64,000 nt of DNA from an uncultured Desulfovibrionaceae bacterium (GCA_964460575.1 CAYWQK010000001.1:34688-98687); one strand, 5' to 3'. Shown: positions 8,650 through 19,102, counted from the stretch's first letter. Notes: generated by a model from the letters alone, not told the origin. Numbers and translations are program-made.

Positions 8650-9762
8650 ATGGTCAATTTGCTTGATTTTACTTGGCCGGAGCTGGAAGATTTCATGATG
8701 GAACTGGGTGAGCCCCGTTTTCGCGCACTGCAGATTTGGCAATGGATCTGGCAGAAAAATATCGTTGACTTTGACGCGATGACCAACATTTCCAAAGCTG
8801 CCCGCATGAAGTTGAAGGAAGCGGCCGAGTGCCGACTTCCAGATGTGGTTGATGTGCAGAGAGCTGTCGACGGCACGGAAAAGCTTCTGCTCCGCCTTGA
8901 AGACGGGGCGATGGTGGAAACTGTTATCATCCCCAGCGAGGCGCAGGATGGTAGCGTCCGCATAGCGCAATGTGTTTCATCGCAGGTCGGTTGCGCCATG
9001 AACTGTACGTTCTGCAGTACCGGCGGCATGGGGTTTATCCGCAATATGACCGCTGGGGAAATTCTTTCACAGATAGTTCTGGCACGCCACCGCCTTGGGG
9101 ATGACAGACCGGACCATCCCATTTTGCGCAATGTCGTCTTTATGGGCATGGGCGAGCCGCTTTTAAACTTGAGGGAGGTCATGAGAGTCCTTTCCATCAT
9201 GCACCACGAAAAAGGCTTAGATTTTTCCGCCCGGCGTATTACCGTTTCAACCTGCGGCATAGAGAAGGGTCTACGTGAGCTTGGCGAGAGCGGGCTGGCT
9301 TTTTTGGCGGTTTCCCTGCATGCGCCCAACCAGAGTTTGAGGGAGCGCATCATGCCCAAGGCCGCCCGCTGGCCGCTGGAAGAACTAATGAACGCTTTGG
9401 CCTCCTATCCCCTCAAGACCCGTGAGCATATTACGTTTGAGTATCTGTTGCTTGGCGGTATAAACGACAGTCCTGCCCATGCGAAGGAGCTGGCACGGCT
9501 GATCCATAAAACGCTTGGTCGTGAACGCGCCAAGCTCAACTTACTCGTGTACAATCCGTCTTATTCTCCGCGGACGGAAGGATCGCCGTACCGCGCGCCA
9601 GCGCCGGAGGCTGTGCTCGCTTTTGAGAAGGTGCTGTGGGAAAAGAATATTACGGCTATTGTGCGCAAGAGTAAGGGACAGGATATCAAGGCGGCCTGCG
9701 GTCAGCTTTGCGTGAAGCGCGTGGAGAAGGAGGCAAGCAGTGTTTTTCAAGCGTTGCTATAG
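8650..9762 (+). CDS. rlmN: 23S rRNA/tRNA (adenine-C2)-methyltransferase RlmN, radical SAM
   Basis: Contains the CVSSQVGCAMNCTFCSTG radical-SAM cluster motif, FRALQIWQWIW at the N-terminus and GQDIKAACGQL near the C-terminus. The start is placed at the internal Met (MVNLLDF). Confidence 0.9.
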   Translation: MVNLLDFTWPELEDFMMELGEPRFRALQIWQWIWQKNIVDFDAMTNISKAARMKLKEAAECRLPDVVDVQRAVDGTEKLLLRLEDGAMVETVIIPSEAQDGSVRIAQCVSSQVGCAMNCTFCSTGGMGFIRNMTAGEILSQIVLARHRLGDDRPDHPILRNVVFMGMGEPLLNLREVMRVLSIMHHEKGLDFSARRITVSTCGIEKGLRELGESGLAFLAVSLHAPNQSLRERIMPKAARWPLEELMNALASYPLKTREHITFEYLLLGGINDSPAHAKELARLIHKTLGRERAKLNLLVYNPSYSPRTEGSPYRAPAPEAVLAFEKVLWEKNITAIVRKSKGQDIKAACGQLCVKRVEKEASSVFQALL

Positions 9763-9881
9763 ATACTTCTAGCGCTGGATATGTGAAAAAAACGTTGGAT
9801 CATAGCTAATCCGCCACCATCTTTTGATCTTTGAAAAAGTTAGGAAATTCGTTTGGAGCCGTTTTCCTATACTCGGCTTGA

Positions 9882-11016
9882 CTAGGTTCTATCGTGCAGG
9901 AAAAGGAGGTATTCGCGAAGGAGCTTGTCAATGCGGCCGTTTAGCACCGAATCCACGTCGCCGATTTCGCAGTTAGTCCGGTGATCCTTCACAAGGCGGT
10001 AGGGCTGGAGTGTGTATGTGCGGATTTGGCTGCCAAAGCTGATGGCGTTTTTGCCGGCGTATTCCGCTTGCTGCTCAGCTTCTTTTTTCCGAAGCTCCAG
10101 TTCATATAAGCGAGCCCGCAGGATGCGCATGGCGGAATCCTTGTTGTGGTGCTGAGATTTTTCGTTTTGGCATTGCGCGGAAATGCCGGTGGGAATGTGG
10201 GTTACGCGTACGGCGGAGGAGGTCGTGTTGACGCTTTGTCCACCGGGTCCGGAGGAGCGGAAAATGTCGACCCTGATGTCGCTTTCTTTAATATCGATGT
10301 CGATGGTCTGTCCCACATCGGGGATCACATCGACCGAGGCGAACGAGGTATGGCGTCTTCCGGAGGAATCAAAAGGGGAGATGCGGATGAGGCGATGGAT
10401 GCCTTTTTCGCCTTTTAATAGGCCGTAAGCGTTTTCCCCGCTGATGCGCAGAGTAACGCTCTTGATGCCGGCTTCCTCGCCGGGGAGGAAATCCAGTTCC
10501 TCAACGGTACATTTGTGCTGATCAGCCCAGCGCAGGTACATGCGCTGGAGCATTTCTGCCCAGTCCTGCGCCTCTGTACCGCCGGCGCCGGGGTGGATTT
10601 CGAGGATAGCGTCCAAATGATCTTCTTCGCAAGAAAGCATGAGCGAGGTTTCTATTTCTTCCAGCAGATCGTTTAGCCGATCGATCTGCGCAGCCAGCGA
10701 TTCCAGCGCTTCGGCAAGTTCAGCAGGGTCCGTGCCCTGGTCTTCCATTTCCTGCGCCAGTTCGAGCCACTCGTTCATGTCCGCATGGACGGATTTCAGC
10801 TGGGAGGAGAGGGCAAGATCCGCTTCGAGGCGGCTTTTTTCCTGAAGCACAGGCGTGAGTTTCGCAGCGGCCGCCCACGCATCGGGGCTCGTAAGCTGCG
10901 TTTCGATATCCTTGAGTCGTGCGCTTAAGGCCGGCTGGTCAAAGACGCCTCCACAGCGTTTCATATTTTTGAGAGAGGGGGATGGTTTTTGATTTCAGAT
11001 CGGCGAGCTGGAGCAT
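9882..11016 (-). CDS. prfB: peptide chain release factor 2, expressed through a programmed +1 frameshift
   Basis: ORF0 (MLQLADLKSKTIPLSQKYETLWRRL, 11016-10942) ends at an in-frame TGA at 10941-10939. The +1 frame continues DQPALSARL... through the SPF and GGQ motifs (SPFDSSGRRHTSFASV, SGPGGQSVNTT). Confidence 0.93.
10939..10952 (-). promoter_or_regulatory. prfB +1 frameshift cassette (internal SD plus CTT TGA C)
   Basis: The minus strand reads GGAGG-cgt-CTT-TGA-C. The SD-like element sits 3 nt before the slippery CUU and the poor-context UGA C stop, the same layout as in E. coli prfB. Confidence 0.9.
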
Positions 11017-12604
11017 GATGTTGTCCCTCTTGCGGCGGTGTGAGCCGGCGTTGATTTGACCAAGCGAGGAGCCAGAGTGCGGCAAAGGCTGCGGTCGCAA
11101 TTCCAGGCATCCAGGGAGCCAAGTGAAAGAACAGGGTTGTCCCGCGCGCGGGCGCAATACTGGCGTGCAGAGTGGCCGCTGTAAACAGGGGACTTTGACT
11201 AAGAAGTCTGCCCTTGGCGTCAATAAAGGCTGAAATTCCCGTGTTTGTGGCGCGCAGAAGCGGGCGGCCAAATTCCACACTTCGTAACAGGGTAGTGTGC
11301 AGGTGTTGTACCGGGGCACTAGTGCGCCCAAACCACGCATCGTTGCTGATATTGATGAGTGTATCCGCGCCGTCTGCCACGCGTTGGCGGGCAAGTTCGG
11401 GAAAGATACTTTCATAGCAGATAAGCACCCCGGGAACAAGCGCCGCTTCACCCTTTTCCGCGTCAAAAATCCTCATCCTCGCTCCTGGTGGCTCACGGCC
11501 GGGTACAAAAGCGCCGATAGCCTGAAAAAGACTTTCTAGAAAAGGAAAATCCAGAAAGGGCGGCGCGTATTCGCCAAAAGGCACGAGATGCTGTTTATCG
11601 TAGGAATCTGTCAGCTGGCCGTCGGCATTAAGGAAATTTGCCCTGTTAAAGTATTTACCACTGGATCGGTTGTAAGCAATCGTGCCAAAAGCCAATTCCG
11701 CGTTGGTTCTTTTGGCCAACATTCTCAATGGCAGTACCAGCTCTCTTTCGGATTCCGCGTCAAAGGGCATGGCTGTTTCAGGCCAAATAACGAACGCGGT
11801 TTCCGTACGCGGCTCAAGGCGCGTCAAGGCGCCTTGGGTTAGTTCCATGTAGCGCGTTACCGTTGCGCGCTGCATAGCAGGACTCCATTTGACATTTTGG
11901 TTAATATTTCCCTGAACAAGAAGCACATCAACGTTTTTGCGGGAAATGACCTGATGCTCCATGTATGCCGCGCCAGCGCACCACGCGCCGAGAAAAATGC
12001 CCAGTGCCGCACAGAAAGCCGTTAAGCCCCTACGTCCGCCGCGTTCAAGTCCAAGCCCTGCTAGGCAGGAAAGGCCAGCGAAAAAGCCGCCAAGGCCATA
12101 GGCTCCTAGTACGGATGCGCCTTGGATGAGCGGCGAAAGAGTGGCAAAGGCCGCGGCAAGCGGTGTCCAGGAGAATCCGGAAAAAAGCCAGCCGCGGATC
12201 CATTCCAGTAAATACCAGCCAAAGGCGAGGAGGAGCGCCCCGGAGAGGATAGTGGGATGAAGTTTTTGTGTTTCATGTGCTAGGAGAGCGAAGATTCCGC
12301 CGTAGACGGCCATGTAGGCGGCAAGCAGAACGGCGCAGGGCACGGCCAGAGCCCAAGGGAGAGCGCCGAAATCGTGGACGGGCACGGCAATCCAGTACAG
12401 TACGCCGCTCCATCCAAGGGTGGAGGCGGCCCAGCCGCGGAGGAAAGCCCTCCCCCTAGAGGGAGCGCCTTGCCCTAAGAAAAGGAGCGCCATGGGGTGC
12501 AGCAGGATCAGCCAAGGGATGTGGCAGAGCGGATTGGCGAGCCCAAGCCAAAGGCCCAGGGCTGCCATCGCATGCATGATTAGAAGATGTGGCATGAATT
12601 GCAT
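10961..12604 (-). CDS. lnt: apolipoprotein N-acyltransferase
   Basis: Multi-TM N-terminal half followed by a CN-hydrolase domain (VIWPETA..., LICYESIFPEL, NISNDAWFG). The start is uncertain: the ORF is open to 12709 and I chose the Met of MQFMPHLL. The 3' end overlaps prfB ORF0. Confidence 0.88.
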   Translation of the reverse strand: MQFMPHLLIMHAMAALGLWLGLANPLCHIPWLILLHPMALLFLGQGAPSRGRAFLRGWAASTLGWSGVLYWIAVPVHDFGALPWALAVPCAVLLAAYMAVYGGIFALLAHETQKLHPTILSGALLLAFGWYLLEWIRGWLFSGFSWTPLAAAFATLSPLIQGASVLGAYGLGGFFAGLSCLAGLGLERGGRRGLTAFCAALGIFLGAWCAGAAYMEHQVISRKNVDVLLVQGNINQNVKWSPAMQRATVTRYMELTQGALTRLEPRTETAFVIWPETAMPFDAESERELVLPLRMLAKRTNAELAFGTIAYNRSSGKYFNRANFLNADGQLTDSYDKQHLVPFGEYAPPFLDFPFLESLFQAIGAFVPGREPPGARMRIFDAEKGEAALVPGVLICYESIFPELARQRVADGADTLINISNDAWFGRTSAPVQHLHTTLLRSVEFGRPLLRATNTGISAFIDAKGRLLSQSPLFTAATLHASIAPARGTTLFFHLAPWMPGIATAAFAALWLLAWSNQRRLTPPQEGQHHAPARRSEIKNHPPLSKI

Positions 12605-12802
12605 CAAGCCGAAATCGCAATGAAAGTCAAGCAGTGGATGTATCCGCGGGCTTTGCTGCGTTTCGCAGCGGGAAAGACAAATTCCTCTGGACAGCGGAAA
12701 GCTTTGCATCTATCATAACAGAGATCAGTTGCCTTGCGGTACGCCGTGGCGTCTGGGAAAATACGATTTTGCCGGCATAGTCCGGCGCGCAGGAGAATTA
12801 TT

Positions 12803-12916
12803 ATGGCCCATAAGAAAGTGGAACGCCAGAAGGAACTGGCCCGCCGCCGTCATCGTCGCGCGCAGCGCCTCAAGGAACGCATCCATCAGGCTCAGGCTGA
12901 AGCTGCTAAAAAGTAG
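12803..12916 (+). CDS. small (37-aa) highly basic protein, function unknown
   Basis: An AGGAGA motif lies 6 nt upstream of the ATG. The product is MAHKKVERQKELARRRHRRAQRLKERIHQAQAEAAKK. It is the only plausible ORF between lnt and the zinc-ribbon gene. Confidence 0.5.
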   Translation: MAHKKVERQKELARRRHRRAQRLKERIHQAQAEAAKK

Positions 12917-13043
12917 CGTTTTTAAGTTTCGGCCTGTTTCGCGTGTCGGTGAAACCGGACATTTTTATGAAGCGGCAACGCTTCTGCGCTGTCGCTTCTT
13001 TTCTATTTGTGTAATCTTTACTGTACGTATTTGAGCGAGTTTC

Positions 13044-13382
13044 ATGCCTATTTACGAATACTACTGCGCGCACTGCGACCGCACCTTTGAAGAATGGACG
13101 CAGCATCACGATGCCCCTGCAAGTATGTGCTGCCCCAAATGCGGAGGCGAGGCAGGACGCATCGTTTCCAATACATCGTTTATGCTCAAGGGCCAAGGCT
13201 GGTATGTAACAGAGTACGGTACGCACCGTGGCAAGAGCGAAGGCGGGTCGGTCGCTACGTCTGACGAACATCATGACGGCAACCCTTCCTCAGCCAAGGC
13301 TGAAGCTCCTGCCGCGCCCGCGGCCTCCAAGGCGGAAAGCAAGCCTGCTGCAGCCGTACCCGCTGCGGGCAATGCCGTATAA
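13044..13382 (+). CDS. FmdB-family zinc-ribbon protein
   Basis: Typical MPIYEYYCAHC...CPKCGG double-CxxC N-terminus followed by a low-complexity Ala/Pro tail. Confidence 0.85.
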   Translation: MPIYEYYCAHCDRTFEEWTQHHDAPASMCCPKCGGEAGRIVSNTSFMLKGQGWYVTEYGTHRGKSEGGSVATSDEHHDGNPSSAKAEAPAAPAASKAESKPAAAVPAAGNAV

Positions 13383-13402
13383 ATTTTATTGTTGGAGACG
13401 TC

Positions 13403-14698
13403 ATGATCGAACGCTATACTCGCCCAGAGATGGGTTCCATTTGGACTCTGGAAAACCGCTACGCTAATTGGCTTAAGGTTGAGCTAGCTGTGTGCGAGGC
13501 CTGGCATGAACTTGGCGTCATTGATGGCGCCTCTATGTCGGCCATCAGGGAAAAGGCCGCCATCGATGTCCGGCGCATTCTGGAAATCGAGGAAACGACA
13601 CGCCATGACGTGATCGCGTTCCTGACTTCTCTAGAAGAAAAAATTGGTCCGGCCGCGCGTTTCATCCATTTAGGCTGTACCTCTTCCGATATTGTGGATA
13701 CGGCTGGCAATATGCAACTTGCCGAAGCCGGAGGCATGATCGTTAAAGATTTTGAAAACGTTCTGGCTTCGTTAAAGAACATGGTTCAGCGCTGGCGTGG
13801 GCAGCTTTGTATGGGGCGGACGCACGGCATCCACGCCGAACCCACAAGTTTTGCTCTTAAGATGGCGGGCTTTTACGCCGAATTTTCGCGGCATCTTGCG
13901 CGCTTTAAGGTCGCGCTTGCCGAAATCCGTGTGGGCAAGATTTCCGGTGCCGTTGGCACTTACGCCTTTCTTTCCCCGCAGATTGAATCCGCAGCCTGCA
14001 AGCGTCTTGGGCTAACGCCCGACCCCATTTCCACGCAGGTCATCCAGCGTGATCGCTTGGCTCATTTCTTTACAACTCTTGCGGTGGCTGCCGGCGGAAT
14101 TGAGCGTATCTGCGTGGAGCTGCGCCACCTCCAGCGCACGGAGGTTCTGGAAGCGGAGGAAGGCTTTGGCAAGGGGCAAAAAGGCTCTTCTGCCATGCCA
14201 CATAAGAAAAATCCCATTTCTGCGGAAAACCTGTGCGGACTTTCCCGTCTGATTCGCTCTAATTCTCTGGCTGCAATGGAAAACCAAGCTCTCTGGCACG
14301 AACGCGACATCAGCCATTCTTCTGTGGAGCGTGTCATCATGCCGGATACGACTATTCTTATGGATTACGCGCTTAACCGCCTTACGAGGCTTCTTGACGG
14401 ACTGAATGTGTTCCCCGAGCATATGGAGCGCAACCTCCACGCTTCCTGCGATCTCTTTTATTCCCAGAAAATCCTTACGGCCCTTGTGGGTTCCGGTATG
14501 CCACGCCAGGAAGCGTATGTGGCCGTACAGCGCAACGCTATGCAGAGCTGGAAAAGCGGAACGCCCTTCCCTGATCTCGTTCGGGCGGATGCAGGCATTG
14601 CCGCGCATCTCAGCAAGGAAAAGCTTGATGAGCTTTTTGACGTGCGCGCCTACCTCAAGTATGAAAATGAAATACTTGACCGTGTCATTGGCAAATAG
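13403..14698 (+). CDS. purB: adenylosuccinate lyase
   Basis: 431 aa with the MIERYTRPEM N-terminus and the fumarate-lyase signature GSSAMPHKKNP. Confidence 0.93.
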   Translation: MIERYTRPEMGSIWTLENRYANWLKVELAVCEAWHELGVIDGASMSAIREKAAIDVRRILEIEETTRHDVIAFLTSLEEKIGPAARFIHLGCTSSDIVDTAGNMQLAEAGGMIVKDFENVLASLKNMVQRWRGQLCMGRTHGIHAEPTSFALKMAGFYAEFSRHLARFKVALAEIRVGKISGAVGTYAFLSPQIESAACKRLGLTPDPISTQVIQRDRLAHFFTTLAVAAGGIERICVELRHLQRTEVLEAEEGFGKGQKGSSAMPHKKNPISAENLCGLSRLIRSNSLAAMENQALWHERDISHSSVERVIMPDTTILMDYALNRLTRLLDGLNVFPEHMERNLHASCDLFYSQKILTALVGSGMPRQEAYVAVQRNAMQSWKSGTPFPDLVRADAGIAAHLSKEKLDELFDVRAYLKYENEILDRVIGK

Positions 14699-14837
14699 CC
14701 CTGCCTAATGACGCATGCGCCCACGGGAATGCTACGTGGGAGACGCTGTGTTTTGCGCCGCGCCGGAGAATATGTGCTTCCGGCGCGGCATTTTTTGTCG
14801 AGATTTTTCCTTTATTTTCCCTGCCAAGGAGTCGGCT

Positions 14838-17450
14838 ATGCGCGTGAAAAGCCTGCTGCCCGGTGAGCCTCTATTTTTGATGGATGGTTCAGCCTTTGTA
14901 TTCCGAGGCTATTATGCTAACCAGAATCTTTCCCGTTCTGATGGTTTTCCTACGGGGGCCCTGTTTATTGTAGGCAGGGTGCTTCTGCAGATCCTCCGTG
15001 AAGAAGAACCGCACCGTTTTGTCATGATACTGGATGGCCACGGCCCGAACTTCCGTCATGAAATTTTCCCCCCGTACAAAAGTCAGCGCAAGGCGGTGCC
15101 TGATGGCCTGCTTGTGCAGATTGATCCTATCCGCCGCCTTACACAGGCGCTGGGACTGCGCCTTCTTGTTTCCGAAGGCTGCGAGGCGGATGACTGTATT
15201 GCTTCCCTGGCGCTGCGGTATAGGGACAGAGGGGGCGTTGTGATTGTCGGTGCGGATAAGGATCTCAAGCAATGCCTGCACGAGCGCGTGCTTATGTGGG
15301 ACCCGGGCGGTCGTGAAGGGAAGATCACAACACTGGAGAGCTTTCGGGCTGAAACAGGGCTTGAGCCTTCGAGTTGGCCGGATGTGCAGGCTGTTATCGG
15401 CGATTCCAGCGACAACATCCCCGGCATCCCTAGAATCGGCATTAGGACGGCGGAGACGCTGTTTCGGTCTTTTTCGAGCCTTGAAGATATTCGAGACCGC
15501 TATGACGAATTGACCCCGGCTTTGAAAAAAAAGATCGCGGGCCATCTGGACAGTGCCTTTCTATACCGTCAGCTGACCCGTTTGGATACGGGGCGCTGCG
15601 CGGAAATGGCGGAGGAAGATTTTGCCGTGCGTCCTGTAGATGTGAGGGAAGTTTCCGCTATTTTGCGTGAGTTTGAACTGAGTTCGTTGGAAAGGGAGAT
15701 CGCGGGGCTTATAGGAAGCGGTAAAATGGCAACGGTTACGAAGTCCGTTGTACAGGGAATGCTTTTTACCATGCCCAAAGCTTCGGAACGCATTAAAGCG
15801 GAAACAATCGACGGTTTGCCGAACGCTGTGTTCTGGGCTGGGAAAAGCGTAGCACTCATGCCGGATACGGACGGGCTGACAATCGCTGCGGAAGGCAGGG
15901 AGTGGGCGTATTCCGGCCACCCCGAGCCTTTAGCGCAGCTTTTCGTCAGATCGGCGGCTCTGCATTCCGGTACGCGTTTTGTTGTCTCGGATCTCAAGAA
16001 GCTTCTGCATAGCTGCGGCGCGTGGCGGCGTATCCCCATGGTGCGCTGGTTTGACCTTGGGCTTGCAGTTTACCTGCTGGATCCTGAACAGGCGGATTAT
16101 GCTTGGCCTCGTCTGTCCGGGGAGTGGAGCACTGACCTCAATATGTCCCCCAAAAATCCCGGCTTGCTAGCGTTGGCAATGGCTTCGGCTCTGCGCCAGC
16201 GGCTTGAGTCAGCCGGTTTGACAACGCTTTTGCAGGGTATTGAAATCCCGCTGACAGCCGTGCTGGCCGATATGGAGGATGCCGGTGTGCAGCTGGATGC
16301 GGAGCGTTTGTCGTCCTTCCTTGACAATGTGCGACGCGAGCTTGATCGGCTTACGGAGGAAATTTACCGTGAGGCTGGCGGCCCCTTTAACATCCGTTCA
16401 GCGCAGCAGCTGGGCGAGGTATTATTTACAAGGCTGGGGCTTCCTGCCGCGAAAAAGACGCAGGGCGGGCAGGCCAGCACCTCAAAAGACGTGCTGGACA
16501 GACTTTCCGGCAAACACCCTGTTGTAGATGCCCTGCGCAAGTACCGAGTACTTGAAAAACTGCGATCCACCTATCTTGAACCGCTGCCTAAACTGATGGG
16601 GGCGGATGGCCGCATTCGCACCACCTTTAACCAAACAGCTACGGCCACAGGCCGACTTTCTTCCAGCAACCCGAATTTGCAAAATATCCCCGTGCGCGGC
16701 GCACAGGGCAGGGAAATGCGGGACTGCTTTACGGCATCTAATGGAAAATTGATAGTTTCCGCCGATTACTCGCAGATAGAGCTGCGCGTTCTAGCTTGCG
16801 TTTCTCAGGATCCGGAACTTCTGCAGGCTTTTAAGGAGGGGGCGGATATTCACGCACGCACGGCGGGGCTTTTGTATGACCTGCCTGCAGACCGTATTTC
16901 TGCCGATCAAAGACGGGCGGCCAAAACAATCAATTTCGGACTGCTTTACGGCATGGGCGCGCAGAAGCTTGCACATGATCTGAGCATTTCCACAGCCGAA
17001 GCCCGTGCGTTTATCTCGCGATATTTTGAGCGCTTGGGCACGTTACAGGTCTTTTATGAACAAGTCCGGGAAAAAGCGAGGGTTCAGGGCTATGTAACAA
17101 CGCTCTCCGGTCGCCGCCGGCTGCTTCCAGGCATTCATTCTGCCTCCGGCCAGGTGCGCGCGCTTGCGGAAAGGCAGGCCGTCAATACCGTCATTCAAGG
17201 CAGTGCCGCAGATATCATCAAGCTGGCCATGCTGGCTGTGGCGAGGGATGCCAGGCTTGCGGCTATGCAGGCTCGGATGCTTTTGCAAATCCACGACGAA
17301 TTGCTCCTTGAAGTTCCGAAAGAGAACGCTGCCGCTGCCGGCGGGCTGGTCGCGGAAATTATGTCCTCCGTCATGCCTGGCGGCAGGAAAATGGATATTC
17401 CCCTGCTGGTGGAATGGGGGATAGGGCATAGCTGGGGTGATGCTCATTAA
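14838..17450 (+). CDS. polA: DNA polymerase I
   Basis: 5'-nuclease domain (LMDGSAFVFRGYYA, GADKDL, SDNIPGIPRIG) and family-A polymerase motifs (SADYSQIELRVLA, RRAAKTINFGLLYGM, LQIHDELLLE). An AAGGAG RBS precedes the ATG at 14838. The ORF extension to 14715 was rejected. Confidence 0.93.
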   Translation: MRVKSLLPGEPLFLMDGSAFVFRGYYANQNLSRSDGFPTGALFIVGRVLLQILREEEPHRFVMILDGHGPNFRHEIFPPYKSQRKAVPDGLLVQIDPIRRLTQALGLRLLVSEGCEADDCIASLALRYRDRGGVVIVGADKDLKQCLHERVLMWDPGGREGKITTLESFRAETGLEPSSWPDVQAVIGDSSDNIPGIPRIGIRTAETLFRSFSSLEDIRDRYDELTPALKKKIAGHLDSAFLYRQLTRLDTGRCAEMAEEDFAVRPVDVREVSAILREFELSSLEREIAGLIGSGKMATVTKSVVQGMLFTMPKASERIKAETIDGLPNAVFWAGKSVALMPDTDGLTIAAEGREWAYSGHPEPLAQLFVRSAALHSGTRFVVSDLKKLLHSCGAWRRIPMVRWFDLGLAVYLLDPEQADYAWPRLSGEWSTDLNMSPKNPGLLALAMASALRQRLESAGLTTLLQGIEIPLTAVLADMEDAGVQLDAERLSSFLDNVRRELDRLTEEIYREAGGPFNIRSAQQLGEVLFTRLGLPAAKKTQGGQASTSKDVLDRLSGKHPVVDALRKYRVLEKLRSTYLEPLPKLMGADGRIRTTFNQTATATGRLSSSNPNLQNIPVRGAQGREMRDCFTASNGKLIVSADYSQIELRVLACVSQDPELLQAFKEGADIHARTAGLLYDLPADRISADQRRAAKTINFGLLYGMGAQKLAHDLSISTAEARAFISRYFERLGTLQVFYEQVREKARVQGYVTTLSGRRRLLPGIHSASGQVRALAERQAVNTVIQGSAADIIKLAMLAVARDARLAAMQARMLLQIHDELLLEVPKENAAAAGGLVAEIMSSVMPGGRKMDIPLLVEWGIGHSWGDAH

Positions 17451-17580
17451 CAAGAAAAGACTTCCTGAGAGAAGGAGACTTTTTCATGATTCTGCTCCAA
17501 GGCACAGCGGGATCGCCACGTTAATCGCTCAGTTTGAAGCATTCCGGCAAGTACCGCCCTAAAGGTAAAGCGCCCGGTCT

Positions 17581-18084
17581 CTACTTGAGAGCTTCAACCC
17601 GTACGCGAGTTCTATGGTGGCGCAGCAAGCCGATCTGCTTAGCCGCGGCGTAGGAAAGATCGATGACATAGCCTTTGACGAATGGCCCGCGGTCATTGAT
17701 ACGGACGACCACGCTTTTCCCCGTTTGCAAGCAAGTTACACGGACAACGGAACCTAGAGGAAGGGTCTTGTGCGCGGCTGTCATTGCGTGCTGGTTATAG
17801 CGTTTTTCACTGGATGTGGGTTTGCCGTGGTGGCCTTTTCCGCCATACCAAACTGCGTACCCTTCTTCTCTGTAGCCGTGGGCCGATTTGAGAGGATAAT
17901 AGGTGACGCCCCGCACTGTATATCCTTTTGCTGATTTTGTCTGGCGTGAGGCCGTGTCTTTGGGGGTGTGATTTTTATATGTCTGTTTGGTTGCTTCGGC
18001 TGGGGTAGCGCAGCCGGCAATGAACGTAGCTGCCAGCAAAGCTAAGCCGCAGCGACAGAGGGCGAGGTTGCGGAATGGTAACAT
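17581..18084 (-). CDS. rlpA: septal ring lytic transglycosylase RlpA-family lipoprotein
   Basis: Lipobox (LLAATFIAGCA) plus a DPBB domain (AAHKTLPLGSVVRVT...VVVRINDRGPF). Confidence 0.85.
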   Translation of the reverse strand: MLPFRNLALCRCGLALLAATFIAGCATPAEATKQTYKNHTPKDTASRQTKSAKGYTVRGVTYYPLKSAHGYREEGYAVWYGGKGHHGKPTSSEKRYNQHAMTAAHKTLPLGSVVRVTCLQTGKSVVVRINDRGPFVKGYVIDLSYAAAKQIGLLRHHRTRVRVEALK

Positions 18085-18448
18085 GGCGTCTCCAATTGAG
18101 CGGGGACTCCGTTTGCGTGCTTCGGTGCCTTAGGAAAGAGCTTATGATCGGGATTGCTTGGACGAGGAAAGGTTGAAAGGTTATAAGGCTGATTCATGCC
18201 AAAAGACGCTGGAGCCTGCTTTCTTGCCATACGTGGCTTTTGGTGTTCTGCGGTATTTTTTTGGCTGGAGCGTTTCGTTAGTGCGTGATGCGATTGATGA
18301 AAAGCCGCCGTTTGCTCGGCATATTTTTATCCGTTTTTTTTTCCGAATGACACAAATTATGAGAATGTTCAAGATGTTAAAACTTTTTACTTGGCTGTGT
18401 AAGTGGCGGACAAACCAAGCAGGGCTGCAGGGGAGTACTGCCGCACAG

Positions 18449-19102
18449 TTACGCCATCGCCAATGTCGCGCCTATCCCGCGGGCTTCTTCGCATTGCCTG
18501 GGCCAGTGTTCTCTACGCCAGGCTGCTTTCTGCGGTTCAGAAAAAATAGATGATTCGTACAGGCTGTAGTCTTTAAACTGATAGGTATTAAAGGCCCACA
18601 GCGTGATCGGGGCAACACGGAAATGCTGCGCAGTGAAGGCTTCTATCAGGCTTAGCCTTTCCTGCATATGGTACTGTCGTGTACGTTCTTCAGTCATATT
18701 CATTGTATAAATATACGCCGAGGGCATTTTCTTAGGGAAAATCGTTGGAATTTCGCTGCTGTACAGGTAATTTGAGAAAAAGAGCCTCTCGAGGCAGGCG
18801 ATCAGCGCTGATGTGAGATTCATAAAGTAAATGGGAGAGCCGAAAATAACGGCGTCAATCTGCTTGATGCGCTCAAGCACAGGCGAGAGGTCATCTTTCA
18901 TGGCGCAGATGCCGTGTTTTTTGTTTTTGCGTTTGCAGGCAAAGCAGCTTGAGCAGCCCTTGAAGTTCAGAGAATAGAGATTGATAAGCTCTGTGGCGGC
19001 TCCTGCGCTTTCCGCGCCGAGCAAAGCTTGTTTTAGAAGTTCAGCCGTGTTTCCTTTGCGCCGCGGGCTGCCGTTGATGGCGAGGATAGTTTTTGCATTC
19101 AT
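18449..19102 (-). CDS. flavodoxin-like NAD(P)H-dependent FMN reductase / iron-sulfur flavoprotein
   Basis: ILAINGSPRRKGNT N-terminus, a Cys cluster (CSSCFACKRKNKKHGIC) and IFGSPIYFMN. Confidence 0.8.
   Translation of the reverse strand: MNAKTILAINGSPRRKGNTAELLKQALLGAESAGAATELINLYSLNFKGCSSCFACKRKNKKHGICAMKDDLSPVLERIKQIDAVIFGSPIYFMNLTSALIACLERLFFSNYLYSSEIPTIFPKKMPSAYIYTMNMTEERTRQYHMQERLSLIEAFTAQHFRVAPITLWAFNTYQFKDYSLYESSIFSEPQKAAWRREHWPRQCEEARGIGATLAMA

Noticed and set aside
18158-18553. 131-aa plus-strand ORF in the rlpA/flavoprotein intergenic region.
   Set aside because: It overlaps the 3' end of the flavoprotein gene, has no RBS, and contains poly-Phe/Arg stretches that derive from T-runs.
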